In this document: one piece after another, positions 26,555 through 38,974 of the stretch | Position numbering within the stretch: the first letter of the stretch is position 1 | Layout: each line of letters begins with the position of its first letter | From: Gekko japonicus | Taxonomy: Eukaryota | Length of the DNA stretch: 63,985 bases | Reading direction: 5' to 3' | NCBI RefSeq assembly: GCF_001447785.1 | Contig: NW_015165239.1 | Location: 251,735-315,719, forward strand | Translations under genes and position numbers: made by a program | Notes under the pieces: generated by a model | Databases searched by the model: none | Seen by the model: only the letters and a program-made list of their open reading frames with translations | Told to the model about the DNA's origin: nothing

Positions 26555-26766
26555 CCCTCTCCCCATCTCTTTGGCCTCTTTCTTTCCCTCCTTTCCTTCT
26601 CTCCTTTCCTTTTCTTTCTCTCTTTCCCCTTCCTTCCTTATCTTTCCCTTCTCTTCCTTCCTTCCTCTCTTTTCTTTCTTCTTTCCTTCTCTCTCTTTAC
26701 CTCTTTTCCTCCTTCCCTTCTTGCTCTTTCTTTCCCTTCTTTCATTCTCTCCTTTTCCTGTTTCCT

Positions 26767-26834
<68 letters not shown>

Positions 26835-26853
26835 TCCCTTCTTCTCTCTTTCC
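26555..26853. repeat. Pyrimidine-rich low-complexity tract / (TTTC)n
   Basis: Seen directly; abuts the Gypsy pol. Confidence 0.95.
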
Positions 26854-29346
26854 GTCCCGGTAATAAGCCACATTTTGGCTTCCCTGGGGGGTGGCAAGAT
26901 TTTCGCCAAATTTGACCTGGCCCAGGCATACCAGCAGTTGCCTGTCACCCCGGAGGCTGCCGAGGCCCAAACAATTGTAACCCACCAAGGGGCTTTTAAA
27001 GTGAACAGGCTGCAATTCGGGGTCAACGTAGCACCTGGGATTTTTCAGGGCCTCATGGAACGTCTACTAAGGGGGGTACCTGGCACAGTGCCCTATTTTG
27101 ACGACGTGCTGATTGCGGGCGGGTCTGAACAGGAACTACTGGACCGGGTTAAAGAGGTCCTCAGGCGTTTTCAAAATGCCGGCCTCAGAGTTAAGCGCTC
27201 AAAATGCACGCTCGGGGTGGAAAGTGTGGACTTCCTGGGGTTTCGCATTGACGCAGAGGGAGTCCACCCCACGGATGAGAAGGTATCTGCAATCCAAAAC
27301 GCCCCCAGGCCGGTGAGTAAGAAGGAGCTCCAATCCTTTTTAGGACTCCTGAATTTTTATCATGCGTTTTTACCGCATAAGGCATCAGTGGCGGCCCCTT
27401 TGCACGCGCTTTTGCACAAGGAGGCAAAATGGAAGTGGGGGCAGGCCGAGGAAAAGGCTTTTGTGGGAGTCAAGGAGCTGCTGACATCTAATGCCGTACT
27501 CACGCATTATGATGAACACAAGCTCCTGGTGTTAGCTGCTGACGCTTCACCGTTTGGAGTAGGCGCAGTTTTAAGCCATCTGATGCCTGATGGGAGCGAA
27601 GCGCCTATCGCTTTTTATTCTAGATCACTATCTGCGGCAGAGCGGAACTATGCCCAGATAGACAAGGAGGGTCTGGCGTTGGTAGCGGCTGTCAAAAAGT
27701 TCCATGATTTTATTTTTGGCAGACGATTTTTGCTGGTCACTGACCACAAGCCGCTACTGGGGATTTTTGCGCCCGATAAGCAATTGCCAAACATCATGTC
27801 CCCACGCATGCTTAGATGGGCGATATTTTTGCAGGCTTATGATTTTGACTTAGAGCACCGGCCTGGGAAAGCGATTGGGCATGCGGATGCCCTCAGCCGG
27901 TGCCCGGTGCCGGACATTGGCGCAGACCCTGCCCCCGCCTGTGAGGTCTTGGCAATTGAGGAGCTTCCTCGACCCCCGGTATCATCCAGGGACATTGCAG
28001 CACACACGGCCAAGGATAGCGTGCTGTCCCGAGTATTAAACTGGGTTTGGAGGGGGTGGCCGGTTGGAAGCGTTGAACCGGAGTTCGGCCCTTACAAAAG
28101 CCGTCAAAATGAACTATCCATTTCTAAGGGCTGTGTATTATGGGGGAACAGGGTGGTGGTTCCTGACAAACTCAGGACGAGAGTGTTAGAGTCGCTGCAC
28201 GAGGGTCACCCCGGTATGGTACACACCAAAGCGTTGGCCAGAGGGTATGTCTGGTGGCCGGGGCTGGACAAAGAGATCGAAGAATGGGTACGAGGGTGTC
28301 CCAAATGCCAGCAAGTCAGACCCGATCCCCCACAAGCTACACCCCAAGGCTGGGAGTCATCTGGTAAACCCTGGGCCAGATTGCATATAGATTTTGCTGG
28401 CCCTCTCCAAGGGCAAATGTTCCTAATTGTGGTGGACGCTATGTCCAAATGGCTGGAGGTCGTGCATATGAAATCGACCACATCACTTGCTGTGATCCAT
28501 GCGCTCCGCCGACTTTTTGCCACCCACGGGTTGCCTGACGTCATCGTCAGTGACAACGGGCCTCAATTTGTGTCTGAGGAATTTAGGCTCTTCCTCACGA
28601 GTAATGGCATACGCCAAATGACTTCGGCCCCTTTCCATCCGGCATCTAATGGCCAAGCCGAACGGATGGTCAGGACGGCCAAAGAGGCCCTGGGTAAAAT
28701 GGACGAAGGGGACTGGAGCCAGAGGCTGGGCTCCTTTCTTTTGCTGCAGCACACCACCCCCTGTAGTGCTACAGGCCGTAGTCCGGCCGAATTGTTAATG
28801 GGGCGGAGACTCACGACCCGTTTGAACCGAATGCACCCAGACCTCACTGAAGAGCAATCCGAGCGTACCACGGCGCAACCGAAGGTGCGCATGTTTGAAA
28901 AAGGGGACAAGGTTTTCGCACGAAATTATGCAAACGGGCACTTGTGGCTTCCTGGGGTTATATCCGACTCTGTGGGTACTCGAATGTATGTGGTGCAGTT
29001 AGCTGACGGTCGAATATGGCGGCGCCACATAGATCAGTTAAGGAGACGTTGGGCTAGGGACAGCGCTGACTCTCCGACGGCTGAATCCCCTGATGTCGAG
29101 TGGACACCCCCAGAGCAGGCGGTGAGTACCGAAAGGCCCGGTACTGTCCCCGAGTCAGGGCAGAACCCTGTGTGCGGGGCTGAAATCCCAGTCGAGTCTG
29201 TGCCTGATCCAGGCTGTAGTGAACCCCACTCTGACCCACAACCTTGTCTGCCCATGGAGCCTGCACCGCTCCGCAGGTCCCAGCGTTCGCGGCAAATGCC
29301 GACTTATCTGAAGGACTATGAGTGTAAATACTGTTGGAATAACTGA
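26854..29346 (+). CDS. Gypsy/Ty3 pol remnant (RT-RNase H-integrase), uninterrupted over 830 codons
   Basis: RT: FAKFDLAQAYQQ, YFDDVLI. RNase H: ADASPFGVGAVL, NYAQIDKEGLAL, TDHKPL. IN: LHEGHPG..CPKC, HIDFAG, SDNGPQF, NGQAERMV. C-terminal WRRHIDQLR. No own start codon. Confidence 0.95.
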   Translation, partial: VPVISHILASLGGGKIFAKFDLAQAYQQLPVTPEAAEAQTIVTHQGAFKVNRLQFGVNVAPGIFQGLMERLLRGVPGTVPYFDDVLIAGGSEQELLDRVKEVLRRFQNAGLRVKRSKCTLGVESVDFLGFRIDAEGVHPTDEKVSAIQNAPRPVSKKELQSFLGLLNFYHAFLPHKASVAAPLHALLHKEAKWKWGQAEEKAFVGVKELLTSNAVLTHYDEHKLLVLAADASPFGVGAVLSHLMPDGSEAPIAFYSRSLSAAERNYAQIDKEGLALVAAVKKFHDFIFGRRFLLVTDHKPLLGIFAPDKQLPNIMSPRMLRWAIFLQAYDFDLEHRPGKAIGHADALSRCPVPDIGADPAPACEVLAIEELPRPPVSSRDIAAHTAKDSVLSRVLNWVWRGWPVGSVEPEFGPYKSRQNELSISKGCVLWGNRVVVPDKLRTRVLESLHEGHPGMVHTKALARGYVWWPGLDKEIEEWVRGCPKCQQVRPDPPQATPQGWESSGKPWARLHIDFAGPLQGQMFLIVVDAMSKWLEVVHMKSTTSLAVIHALRRLFATHGLPDVIVSDNGPQFVSEEFRLFLTSNGIRQMTSAPFHPASNGQAERMVRTAKEALGKMDEGDWSQRLGSFLLLQHTTPCSATGRSPAELLMGRRLTTRLNRMHPDLTEEQSERTTAQPKVRMFEKGDKVFARNYANGHLWLPGVISDSVGTRMYVVQLADGRIWRRHIDQLRRRWARDSADSPTAESPDVEWTPPEQAVSTERPGTVPESGQNPVCGAEIPVESVPDPGCSEPHSDPQPCLPMEPAPLRRSQRSRQMPTYLKDYECKYCWNN

Positions 29347-29419
29347 TGTACAAAGGTTGATTGCATGTATGTAAATAATAAAACAATTGGGATGATGGCT
29401 TAACTTAGGGGGGAGGAAT

Positions 29420-29782
29420 TGTAATGTATTGAAATGATTACATGAATCACCTCATAGGACTCCCATGTTAAGCTTCGAGCCAGACCAGGGCTCCTCTGAG
29501 CGAACTTCCTATTGGTCGCTTCGTAACAGCGACCAATCAGAACGATACCATTCCCTAGGAGGGAAAGACTCCCATTGATCTTTATTCTAGCAATCTCATT
29601 GGTTGTTATTTGTAAATAGGCGTGGCTACATTAGCCCGGTTATGTTTAAAAGGAGCATAAGCTCCCACTGTTTTCTGTTCTGGTTTCTTACTGAGTTAGT
29701 GCTTGCTCGTTACTTCCAATAAAGCTGAATCACTTGCTGAATCACTCTAATTCTATGAAATGACCCCTGCTTAAAATCAACA
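29420..29782 (+). repeat. 3' LTR of the Gypsy element
   Basis: TGTAA...CAACA immediately after the PPT; contains CCAAT/ATTGG boxes, TTTAAAA and AATAAA; similar to the solo LTR at 4840-5199. Confidence 0.85.
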
Positions 29783-30464
29783 TAGGGTATTACTTCCTGG
29801 ACATTATTTAACTGACCAAAAGTGCAATCCTAAATTTGTATACTCAGAAGCCTTGTAAGGATTTGCAGCTTAAAAATTGTAGATCTAGATTTTTGCCTCG
29901 TATGACTAATGCACAATTCACTATAAGAAATTATTTGTCAGTAATATGCATGTCAGTGCATAGTATGAGTATGTGTATCCATGCATGCACATACATGAGG
30001 AAGAAGCTTGGAATAGCATTCCAGTAAAGCAGAAAGTAGTATGATTTCATTACTAATTATGCTGTCGTCTTGCTTTCTAACAATGGCTTCATCTGTGATT
30101 TCCGTATCTGAGAACTGAAGCTTATTGCTATATTAGTCATCAGCGTTTCTGAGCCTTTAGTTTAGCCCCTGAATTATCATTACCCAACTGAAGTTAATTC
30201 TAAGAGGGTGCAATTGTATTTGTTTTTATTCATTCTTGGCTCCCCATTCCTGTTACTATTCATTCCTGCCCTCCCCCCAGTCTTCCTCACAATTAGAATG
30301 TATGGGCATGGGATTCTAATCATCATCTATATTGCCTACTCTGACTGGCAGTAGCTCTCCAGGTTTACAAGCAGAGGAGCATCTTTCCGAACACCTGCTC
30401 CCTGACATCATTTAACTGAGTATCCTAGTGCATGCAAAGTAGGTCCCTCTCTTTAGATCAATAA

Positions 30465-30925
30465 TCCTTTGGCTGCATACCCCCCAAACAGCATTACACT
30501 CTTCTAATAACAACACACTGGAGGTCCTAGGGCCAAGGAATATTCCCTTGGCCTCAACCAGAAACAGAGCCTTTTCAGTGATTGCTCCAACTTGGTGGAA
30601 TGCACTCCCAACTGAGATCTGGGCCCTGCAGGATTTTGCACAATTCCACAGGGCCTGCAAGACCACCAAGTACATGGATTATGTCAGGGGAACTCCCAGC
30701 TATGCAATTCCGCTACTTGCCCCCCCTTCTTTCCCTGAGGCAGCAGTACAGTAAATATATGGGTCATCATGGAAATTGTTTTGCTGAATTGCTTTAATTG
30801 AAATGTTTTACTCAAATGTATGTTTTATTTATTATATGTTGGAACCCACTCTGAGCCCCACATTAGTGGAGGACAGCAGGATACAAATAGAAATGAATGA
30901 ATGAATAAATAAATAAATAAAATAA
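30465..30925 (+). mobile_element. L2 LINE 3' fragment
   Basis: RAFSVIAPTWWNALPTEI motif and (TAAA)n/(TGAA)n tail. Confidence 0.7.
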
Positions 30926-30999
30926 TCATGCCCTACAGTGACTTGAATTGGATTGCTGGATTCAGGGTGCTGTTCATCATTCATAAGACCAGGTGCCAT

Positions 31000-32200
31000 C
31001 AGGAGTCCCATCAGGCCAGTGTCCCATCCAGTCCAACACTCTGTGTCACACAGTGGCCAAAACCCAGGTGCCATCAGGAGGCCCACCAGTGGGGCCAGAA
31101 CTTCAGAAGCCTTCCCACAGTTGACCCCCAAGCACCATAGTGTTCCAGCCATACCTTGTGGCTAATAATCATTCATGGACCTCTGCCCCATATGTTTATC
31201 CAATCCCCTCTTGAAGCTGTCTATGCGTAGCCACTACTACTTCCTGTGGCAGTGAATTCCATGTGTTCATTACTCTTTGGGTGAAGAAGTACTTTTTATC
31301 TGTTCTAAGCCTACTGCTCATTAATTTCATTGTGGACCCATGTTCTTGTATTGTGATAAAGGGAGAAAAGTACTTCTTTCTCTACTTTCTTTGTCATATG
31401 CATAATTTTGTAAACCTCTGTCATGTCTCAGGATGGGCATGAACTGGGAAAATGAAATTCATTTCATGATGTATGGCGTGCCCTATTCGTGACCCACGGA
31501 CCACCATGAATTTTTAGCTGCCTTAAAAGCTGGTTCAGTTTGTGAGGTTTTTGGCCCAGTAGAATGGCTTGCTGGCATACTAGAGACACCAAACTCACAG
31601 GGTATCTCTGTCTGACACTCTTCTACCTGTCCACAGAGTTTAGTGAGAATTGGATTTATGGGGTCTGAGTTACAGCCTCCCAAAGAAGGTGCCCCCAGGC
31701 AGTCATTTCCCCAGAAAGCACTTTTCTGGGGGCATCTTATTTGGGGGGCTGTAACTAAGACCTCATAAATCGAATCCTCACCAAACTTGAAGGGCAGGTA
31801 GAAGAGAGTCAGCTGGAGATCCCCTGTGTGTTTGATTTTGTAAATATTTTGAATGAGTGAAGACAGCCTGTCTGGGAATGTATCTGTTCATGAACCAGCA
31901 TGAACCTCCACAAACTATATCAAGGTTCATAGAAAGTTCATCCTGGGTACCCTGCCACAAACTTGACTTTGCGAACCACAAATAGGGCAAAAATCATGAC
32001 AAATTTTGCTTCATGGTTTGGTTCATGCCCATCCCTAATCATGTCACCCTTCAATCATCATCATTTCTCTGAGCTAAAAAGCCCTAACTTCTTTAACCTT
32101 TCTTCATAATGTGCTCCAGCCCCTTAATCATTTTATTTGCCCTATCCTGTACCTTTTCCAGTACTATAATATTTTGGGGTGTGTGGTGACCAGAACTGCT
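31000..32200 (-). mobile_element. CR1 LINE 3' fragment interrupted by a hAT-like MITE
   Basis: CR1 3' sequence (CCATCCAGTCCAACACTCTG...CAATCCCCTCTTGAAGC...TGTGCTCCAGCCCCTTAATC) is continuous across the insert. Confidence 0.75.
31428..32037. mobile_element. hAT-like MITE
   Basis: TIR GGATGGGCATGAAC...GTTCATGCCCATCCCTA; 8-bp TSD GTCATGTC/ATCATGTC. Confidence 0.8.
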
Positions 32201-32517
32201 ACCTTGCATAGCTGGGACCTGCCCTAAAGAAACAATTTAGGCCAAACTTCCACACCCCACTGAAGCCAGTCACACTGATTGGGACTAAGCAATGAAGGAG
32301 GATGAGTGAGTCAGCCTCTGGTTGATTAACAATAGGCATTGCTGAAAGGAGCTGCTCAGGCAAGAGCTCCTCTCCTTCCCAGGTTGCCTTTTACTTTAAA
32401 TGCTAATTAATTAATTATCATATGGCATTGTGTGTAGAACAGCCAGGAGATCTGAAGATTGTCTGGCTGCAAGTTCTAGCTCTTAGTGTTATGCCAGTGG
32501 TAAGCTAGACTTGTTTT

Positions 32518-32925
32518 TAGAGGCTGAGAGAGCTCTGAAAAACCTGTGACTGGCCTAAGGTCACCCAGCTGGCTTCAAGTGGAGGAATGGGGAATCGAAC
32601 CTGGCTCTCCACATTAGAGTCTGCCACTCTTAACCAGTTTGGTGTGAGAGCCAGTTTGGTGTAGTGGTTAAATGCGTGGACTCTAATCTGGGAGAACTGG
32701 GTTTGATTCCCCACTCCTTGACTTACAGCTGCTGGATGACCTTGGGCAAGCCATAGTTCTGTCAGAGCTGTTCTTGAAAAAGAGAAGTTTCTGTCAGAGC
32801 TCTCTCAGCCCCACCTACCTCACAGGGTGTCTGTTGTGGGGAAGGGAAGGGAAAGGATTTTGTTAGCTACTCTGGGACTCCGAGGTGGGGTATAAATCCA
32901 ATCTCCTCCTTCTTTCCTCCTCCTC
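32518..32925. mobile_element. Two Squam3-like SINEs head-to-head (minus partial 32518-32640; plus 32648-32925)
   Basis: GAGCCAGTTTGGTGTAGTGGTTAA...GGGTTTGATTCCCC A/B boxes; CTC/TTC-rich tail. Confidence 0.8.
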
Positions 32926-33123
32926 CTCCAACCCTAAACTGGCTCTACTTTAAATGCTAATTTAATTTCAGATGTTAATTTAGCCCTTCCAGGCTTGAAT
33001 TAAAGAGGGCTCTAGCTGAGTAGCCTCAGCAGTTACAGGAGGTATCTAACTGCTTGTTTTCTTGTAGGAAAAAAAAACCCTTCTTGAAAAATGTGAGAAT
33101 TTGCTTAAAATTTTAGATTTATG

Positions 33124-33535
33124 AGCACTTTAATATATATGTGTAATAAAGTTTAAAAGTGATAGTAGACCTTAAGATAGCCCTGTGATCTCAGTTTTAA
33201 TCCATGTTCTTTGTTTGACCCTTCCCATACTGCAGTAAAACTAGCCAAGAACCTCTGAGCCTGAACTAAAAATAGCTGTCCCTGAGTAGTTTGAGCAGCT
33301 ACAACATTTAAATTTGGAGCTGTTGTTTTCTAACCCTAGCCACAGTTTTGTTAGCACTTTAATATACATGTGTAATAAAGATTAAAAGTGATAGTAGACC
33401 TTAAGCTAGCCCTGTGATCTCAGTTTTAATCCATGCTCTTTGTTTGACCCTTCCCATACTGCAGTAAAACTAGCCAAGAACCTCTGAGCCTGAACTAAAA
33501 ATAGCTGTCCCTGAGTAGTTTGAGCAGCTACAACA
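33124..33535. repeat. ~180-bp local direct duplication with a third partial unit
   Basis: 33124-33306 is nearly identical to 33353-33535; AGTAGTTTGAGCAGCTACAACA recurs near 33594-33615. Confidence 0.9.
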
Positions 33536-33740
33536 GACCTACATTAAGAACTAGACCAGAAAATTAGAACAGAACTAAAATTAGCTACACCCAAGTAGTT
33601 TGAGCAGCTACAACACTGAGAAGTTTCAAAATGTTGGTTCCTAGAGGTATTTTTAAAAATTATTTACCCTCCTTACTATCTTAACCCTTTTCACTTAGCC
33701 TATCTTGATATAACTTTATATTAAAACTTTGATACATTTA

Positions 33741-34489
33741 GGTTGCGGTCACACGTGCCAGTTGAAGCGGAGGGGAAGGGAGGCTGTTTCCTACAGAGGA
33801 ATTTGACCTGCAGTTGCAAGCAATGTTCCCTCTAAGCTGTGGAGTCCTGTGAGCAAAAATTCCACTTTGTGAGCTCCTGCCATTAAAGTTGTGAGTGAGC
33901 GATTTGGCTCCTGCATGAATTAGTTTGCTCTGGACCACATCCTTCCTGAGCAAAGACAAAAACGTGTGAGCCAGAGGCTAAGAAACTGTGAGCTAGCTCA
34001 CACTAACTCAGCTTAGAGGGAACCCTGGTTGCAAGATCACACAGCCCTTTGTAGCAGCAGGCACAGCCCATCACTGTGTGATCAGATGCAACTCTGGGTG
34101 AGTCATGGGGTTTTTTGCCATTCATTTCCCATGTGCATAAATGAGGAATTGCACCTCTGCACTGAGGGCCCCCTATGGAGTATGCTATGATGCGCATGCC
34201 GTGAAGGGGGGGGGGAAATACCGGCACCGAGCAGGGATGGCCTGATCAGACCATCCCGACGGCATGTGTGTGTGTGCTTTCACAATCAGACAGGGGAAAG
34301 TCTGTCCGTGGCTCGTTGGAACCTGTTTACTATTGGACTTTCCCCTGTGTTTTTTTAACTCTGCTGCAGAGCAGCACGGGTTGCCGACAACTGCGAGACG
34401 CTTCCCAGATGTTGCTGTCTGATTATGCCCTTTAGACCCATCAGGCATTCGCAGCTTTGTCGGATCTAAAGGCGCGTGTGATCACAGCC
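33741..34489. mobile_element. Harbinger-like MITE hosting a hAT MITE
   Basis: TIR GGTTGCGGTCACACG...CGTGTGATCACAGCC; flanks TTA/ATA; collinear with 22128-22677. Confidence 0.8.
33821..34027 (+). mobile_element. hAT-like MITE
   Basis: TIR CAATGTTCCCTCTAAGCTG...CAGCTTAGAGGGAACCCTG; perfect 8-bp TSD GTTGCAAG. Confidence 0.9.
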
Positions 34490-36631
34490 ATATATATATG
34501 TAAATAAAGATGCCACTTACCCTCTACTTGCACATCTGCTGAATTCCATGGAACCCATTTCATTTACTCTATATGTTCTCAGCTTTGTCCCTGGGAATCT
34601 GTAAAGCATCATGTACATGGATGGTGCTGCATCAGTGAATAAAAACATTGCACGATTTTGTATTTAGATTATCGTATCTTCATGTATATGCCAATAAAAG
34701 ACTTTGGCTGCAATAAAAACATTCATTTCTGAAAAGCTCTCTGACTGAAATGCTAGTTTACATGGAAGAAGCCAATGACAAGAGGCCACTGTCTGACTAA
34801 TGATCTTCAGAATATTTAGAGCCATGCAAAATGCCAGTCAGAATTAATTGCTAAAATTATATAATTACAGCTGCTATGAATGAGACTAGACCGCAGCATC
34901 TGTTTGCATTTCTAGTCTTTCCCTCCCTCTCTGTGAGAGAGGGGGAAAAAAGCCAAGTAGGAAATATCCTGTTCCATGCTGTTCAATAAATAGCCCTCCT
35001 AGGGAAGTAGATTGCTTTTGTTTTACTTAACTTGTAGGTGTTTTAACTTACCAGACTCTCATGGTAGTATTATCCATCCCCCAACCAATAATTTAATATC
35101 TAAAATGTCCTTTACAATCGAGACCCTGCAGTTCTGTTGACTATCACGTGAGGATATATATCACAATTTTCAAGGGCTTCTGGCAAATATTATCACAGTG
35201 GTTAACCCCTGTTAGTCAGTCACCATTTTACTGAAATGGCTGCAATCAATAATTTAAAAAATGTGCAAATACATGCCTATATGTTCTCATTCATATATGT
35301 CCTTGCTGTCAGAATGCCATGCTATTAAATATGAGCCACTTTCAGATGTTTTTGAATGTGTGGATGGAGAGGAGCGGACTTGCTCATGTTTCCCCACTTC
35401 CAACTCCCACATGATCCTGTAATGGTCAGAATAAAGCTTGCACATGTACAATTGTATGTGTGCAGGACTCTGCAAAACTGGGGGCAGGGGGGGACACAGT
35501 GTATGTAATTGTGCTTCCAGTGCCTCCAGTACATTCAAATAGTGTGAAAAGGGCTGTATAGGACAGATTGTCATTTTTTGGTATGTACCCTTTACATTGT
35601 GTTTTGTAGGTACCTTTCTATTCTATTTCTTGGTCAATTTTATTTTTTTAAAGTTTTTTAAAATTTCAATTGCTACAAGAACAAATCTACTTGAAGGTTC
35701 CAATTTATCAAGTAACAATCACATTTGGGGTGGAAAGATAAATATTAAACGTTTAAAATCAAATTTTGGTTTAGATCTCACAGAAAAACCTCTAGTGGTG
35801 GGAGGGATTTTTGCCAGTGGAGCAGGACCTTCTTCCCCTTTTTGCAGCCTGAATTCACCCCCTCATACATGGGCTGTAGGGTTGCCAACCTCAAGGTGGG
35901 GACTGGAGATCTTCCACAAGTACAACTGATTTCCAGGCGACAGAGATCAGCTCATCTGGAGCAAAGGGCCACTTTGGAAGGTGGACTCTGTGGCATTATA
36001 CCCTGCTGAGGTTCCTCCCCTCCCCAAACCCCACCCTCCACAGGCTCCGCCCCCAAAATCTCCAGGTATCCAGAGCTGGCAACCTTGATGGACTCCCAGG
36101 AACAGCAAGAAGAGGAAGTTTCAGGTCTGTAAGAGGGGACCAAATTGTTGAAAATCACTCCCTCTTCCATCAGTAGAAATTTCCCACTGAATCAGACTCA
36201 TGATCTGAAAGCAAGATAAGACGGGAGGAAATGATTATTTACTATATTGTGCAGAAAATGAGTTGGACTTGGATCTGTAGGTTTATTTATTCCTGTTGCA
36301 TTGAAGACAGTAGCACGTTTCTTTTGCCTTTGCAATGAGAGCCGGCATTATTTCATCAGGGCATTCATTCTTGAGCAAAATAACTCTGGATTTCAGAATA
36401 GAGAGAGCAATCAAACAAATTCGCTGTTTTAAACTATGGTAGTCAGGATTTTTTTCCGCCTCCCAGATGTATTTGTTGCAGACAAAGCTATCAGTGCCCC
36501 TCCCTCTTCCTTTTCTCAACCATGCATTTGCTTGAAAATGAAACTTTTTAAAAAATTTATGCTTTTATCACTATCTGTTCCATGAAACGTCATTTCAAGA
36601 TTTTATATTGTTGTTTCAAGATTTATATATA

Positions 36632-37908
36632 TTGTTGTTGTTCAGTCGCACAGTCGAGTCCGACTCTTCGCGACCCCATGGACTAGATCCCGCCAGGCCC
36701 TCCTGTCTTCCGCTGTCCTCTGAAGTTTGCTCAGTTTCATGTTCATTGCATCGATGACACTGTCCAACCATCTCATCCTTTGCCGTCCCCGTCTTCTTTG
36801 ACCTTCAATCTTTCCCAGCATCAGGGTCTTCTCCAGTGAGTGCTCCCTTCTCATTTGGTGGCCAAAGTATTTGAGCTTCAGTTTCATTATCTGGCCTTCC
36901 AGGGAACAGTCAGGGTTGATTTCTTTGAGGATTGACTGATTTGTTCTTCTTGCAGTCCAAGGGACTCTCAAGAGTCTCCTCCAGCACCATAGTTCAAAAG
37001 AATCTATTCTTCGGCGCTCGGCCTTCCTTATAGTCCAACTCTCACAGCCATACATGACTACTGGGAATACCATTGCTTTGACCATGCGGACTTTTGTTGG
37101 CAGGGAGATGTCTCTACTTTTTATCATGCTGTTTAGGTTCGCCATCACTTTCCTCCCAAGGAAATCTTTTAATTTCATGGCTGCTGTCACAGTCTGCGGT
37201 GATCTGGGATCCCAGGAACGTGAAGTCTGTCACTACTTCCACGACTTCCCCTTCTATTTGCCAAGGAGTGATGGGGCCGGATGCCATGATCTTAGTTTTT
37301 TTGATGTTGAGCTTCAAGCCCACTTTTGCGCTCTCCTCTTTTACCCTGAGCAAGAGGCTCTTTAGGTCCTCTTCACTTTCTGCCATTAGAGTGGTATCGT
37401 CTGCATATCTGAGGTTGTTGATCTTTTCCCCAGCAATCTTAATTCCCGCTTGTGATTCATCCAGGCCAGCATTTCGCATGATGTACTCTGCATATATATT
37501 AAATAAGCAAGGCGACAATATACATCCTTGTCGTACTCCTTTTCCTATGCTAAACCAATCAGTTGTTCCATATCCGGTTCTAACTGTCGCTTCTTGGCCC
37601 TTATACAGGTTTCTCAAGAGACATGTGAGGTGGTCTGGTACTCCCATCTCTTTAAGGACCTGCCATAGTTTGTTGTGATCCACACAGTCAAAAGCTTTAG
37701 CATAGTCAATGAAGCAGAAGTAGATATTTTTCTGGTACTCTCTTGCTTTCTCCATAATCCAGCGAATGTTGGCAATTTGATCTCTAGTTCCTCTACCTCT
37801 TCGAAACCCAGCTTGTACTTCTGGTAGTTCTCTATCCACGTACTGTTGAAGCCTAGCTTGTAGGATCTTGAGCATGACCTTGCTAGCGTGTGATATGAGT
37901 GCAATTGT
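36632..37908 (-). mobile_element. RTE-BovB LINE, 5'-truncated
   Basis: IALISHASKVMLKIL, CFIDYAKAFDCVDH, GVRQGCILSPCLFN, YADDTTL; one frameshift near 37170; (CAA)n tail. Confidence 0.95.
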
Positions 37909-38974
37909 GATCGGGGACGGGTGCACGCCGATTCCCAGATGTTGCGGTGTGCTCACCCCCGTTTGCTGCGCTCCCGATCTGTCCCTCTCCCGGGCCAAAA
38001 CCTTCTGTGTGACCGGGGCCTGTGGGTGGATTTAGGAAAGAATTTGCAATGGCCAGTTCCTTTGTTTTCTTCTTTTTAGTACCAGTGTAGGTTTACTATA
38101 CCTAGAACCTGTAGATAATTATATTATTTATTTATTGTGGTTGCAGGAAACCCTTCCTCCTCTTTGCTGACTGGCCCTTACTTTATGAGAATGAGGGTGA
38201 GTCTCTTATACCCTTGCTAGAAAGAGACTCCTGATGGAGGCTCAATAGTATACACTCTCCTACCTGCTTTGTGTGGACGTGGACATCCATACGTCAAAGT
38301 AATCACATTCAAGTAGTATGGCTATCATGATGATCTTTTGTCCACCTTTCCTGTCCCTAGAGATCAGAAAGAGCTAAAAAGTAGGGCATCCCCAGATAGT
38401 TAATATTTCCCTCCCAGTATGCACTGCACAATAAATCAAAGGCTATGGTGTAGAATTTAGCAGCACCACATCACAACAGTTCCAGTCTCTGGCCCCTTTA
38501 TTTTCAAAGTTAATATTTAGTTTAGAATGAGCTGTGGTCTGCATCTGATTGCTGTCCCCTTCGCTTGTGTACAACTTACTTTTCAATTACATGTTTAACA
38601 CAACCATAGTTAGTCATGATGTAAGAATCGGAAAACTATGGCTAGTGCCTTCTTCATACCATAGTTCCTGATCCCCGTCCGGAAGGAAATGACTAACCGT
38701 AGTTCAGATGTCCCTGTAAACTCTGATTAGTGATACAAAAGGGGATGAAAAGGGTCATACAGAAGAGGGGTATAGTGGAGAAAGCAGGGGTCATTTCATA
38801 CAAAAAGAGGTGCTGGAGCTCATTAGCATAACAGATTAGCATAACTTATTTGCATATGCCACACCCCCTGAGTAAGTAGTAGGGTGGTAGGAGTCGAGAT
38901 ATCAGCACTGGTAATGAGACAGCAAACCTAGGTCTCAATTTCAGTCCAGGAGGATGCAAAGAATAAATGGAAAT

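Larger units (their letters stand above)
26854..29782 (+). mobile_element. 5'-truncated Gypsy LTR retrotransposon
   Basis: pol, then polypurine tract AGGGGGGAGGAA (~29407-29418), then the 3' LTR. Confidence 0.92.

Noticed and set aside
26494-26853. N-terminal 120 aa of the 950-aa ORF as a signal or transmembrane domain
   Set aside because: It is a translation of the (TTTC)n tract with a non-ATG start; stop-free only because of base composition.
32648-32720. tRNA gene
   Set aside because: The A/B boxes belong to a SINE head.
33124-33616. CRISPR-like repeat-spacer array
   Set aside because: A simple tandem duplication in vertebrate DNA with no cas genes and no regular spacers.
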